Source of the DNA: Paralcaligenes ureilyticus
GTDB lineage: Bacteria; Pseudomonadota; Gammaproteobacteria; Burkholderiales; Burkholderiaceae_B
Length of the DNA: 24,000 bases
Reading direction: 5' to 3'
Assembly: GCF_004346225.1 (NCBI RefSeq)
Contig: NZ_SMAJ01000002.1
Location: 403,417-427,416 of the forward strand
Of the stretch, positions 23,573 through 24,000 are shown piece after piece; position 1 is the stretch's first letter; each line of letters starts with the position of its first letter. The translations under genes were made by a program, and so were the position numbers. Below the pieces are notes generated by a model. The model was not told where the DNA came from. It ran no database searches and saw only the letters and a list, made by a program, of their open reading frames with translations.

Positions 23573-24000
23573 AACGCGACGCCCTCCTGCGCCGGAACGG
23601 GAACATCCAGCCAGCCATAGCCACGCTCTTCGAGCTCGAGTGCCAGTTCGCGTCCGCCCGAACGCACAATGCGGCCCTGCGCCAGCACATGCACATAATC
23701 GGGCACGATATAGTCAAGCAAGCGTTGATAGTGCGTGATGACAATCAGGGAGCGCTCAGGCGTGCGCAGGCGATTGACCCCATCGGCCACGATTTTAAGG
23801 GCGTCGATGTCCAGCCCCGAATCGGTTTCGTCGAGAATCGCCAACTTCGGCTCGAGCAGCGACATCTGCAGTACTTCGTTGCGCTTTTTCTCGCCGCCCG
23901 AAAAGCCCTCGTTGACCGAGCGATACAGGAACTCCTGGCTCATGCCCACGGTCTTCATTTCGCTCTTGACGCGTTTAAGAAAGTCCATGGCATCGAGCTC
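23569..24000 (-). CDS. sufC: Fe-S cluster assembly ATPase SufC; C-terminal part only, with the gene continuing past the right edge
   Basis: ABC signature [10 protein letters not shown], Walker [13 protein letters not shown] and H-loop ITHYQRLL. The frame is open to position 24000. The stop overlaps the sufD start. Confidence 0.93.
   Translation of the reverse strand, partial: ELDAMDFLKRVKSEMKTVGMSQEFLYRSVNEGFSGGEKKRNEVLQMSLLEPKLAILDETDSGLDIDALKIVADGVNRLRTPERSLIVITHYQRLLDYIVPDYVHVLAQGRIVRSGGRELALELEERGYGWLDVPVPAQEGVAL

Noticed and set aside
22400-23620. 406-aa + strand ORF opposite sufD, and the alternative - strand frame at 22384-22995
   Set aside because: These are shadow ORFs. The annotated frame gives clear SufD motifs and 4-nt coupled junctions with sufC and sufS.
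1-24000. Search for tRNA/rRNA genes, IS elements, integrases, phage genes, toxin-antitoxin pairs or defence systems
   Set aside because: Every ORF over 100 aa that is not a shadow frame is accounted for by the metabolic, matrix or Fe-S genes listed. No intergenic segment shows tRNA-like cloverleaf potential or terminal inverted repeats of an IS. By-eye scanning has limited sensitivity.

Overview
This 24-kb window is a co-linear chromosomal segment from a moderately GC-rich proteobacterium. A Bug/TctC-family binding protein, a bps-like pgaABCD locus and the overall composition suggest Burkholderiales/Alcaligenaceae; this is inference only.

Gene content, left to right:
- A partial MFS (MHS-type) transporter and an M20 deacylase, both on the minus strand.
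- ahpC-ahpF with an OxyR-type box.
- pgaABCD, the poly-beta-1,6-GlcNAc (PNAG) synthesis and export genes.
- A complete curli locus in a non-E. coli layout: csgE-csgF-csgG, two curlin-repeat subunits, then a small CsgC/CsgH-like ORF.
- A roughly 395-bp AT-rich spacer, then a LuxR-type regulator with a degenerate receiver domain.
- A convergent cupin plus family III CoA-transferase pair.
- A Bug-family solute-binding protein.
- The distal part of a sufC-D-S-U-T Fe-S cluster operon on the minus strand, running off the right edge.

The intergenic regions carry 11 copies of a 25-nt GTAG-type REP hairpin, mostly as 71-bp doublets, with compensatory stem substitutions. I saw no tRNA, rRNA, CRISPR array, transposase, integrase or recognisable defence genes.

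I cannot point to a wholly new system. The best candidates for follow-up are:
- the one-directional curli variant sitting directly behind pgaABCD;
- its CsgC/H-like ORF, which has no visible signal peptide;
- the pseudo-receiver LuxR regulator;
- several unexplained repeat and motif arrays in the csg-proximal intergenic regions.

All homology calls come from reading the translations and recalling E. coli homologues from memory. No searches were run.
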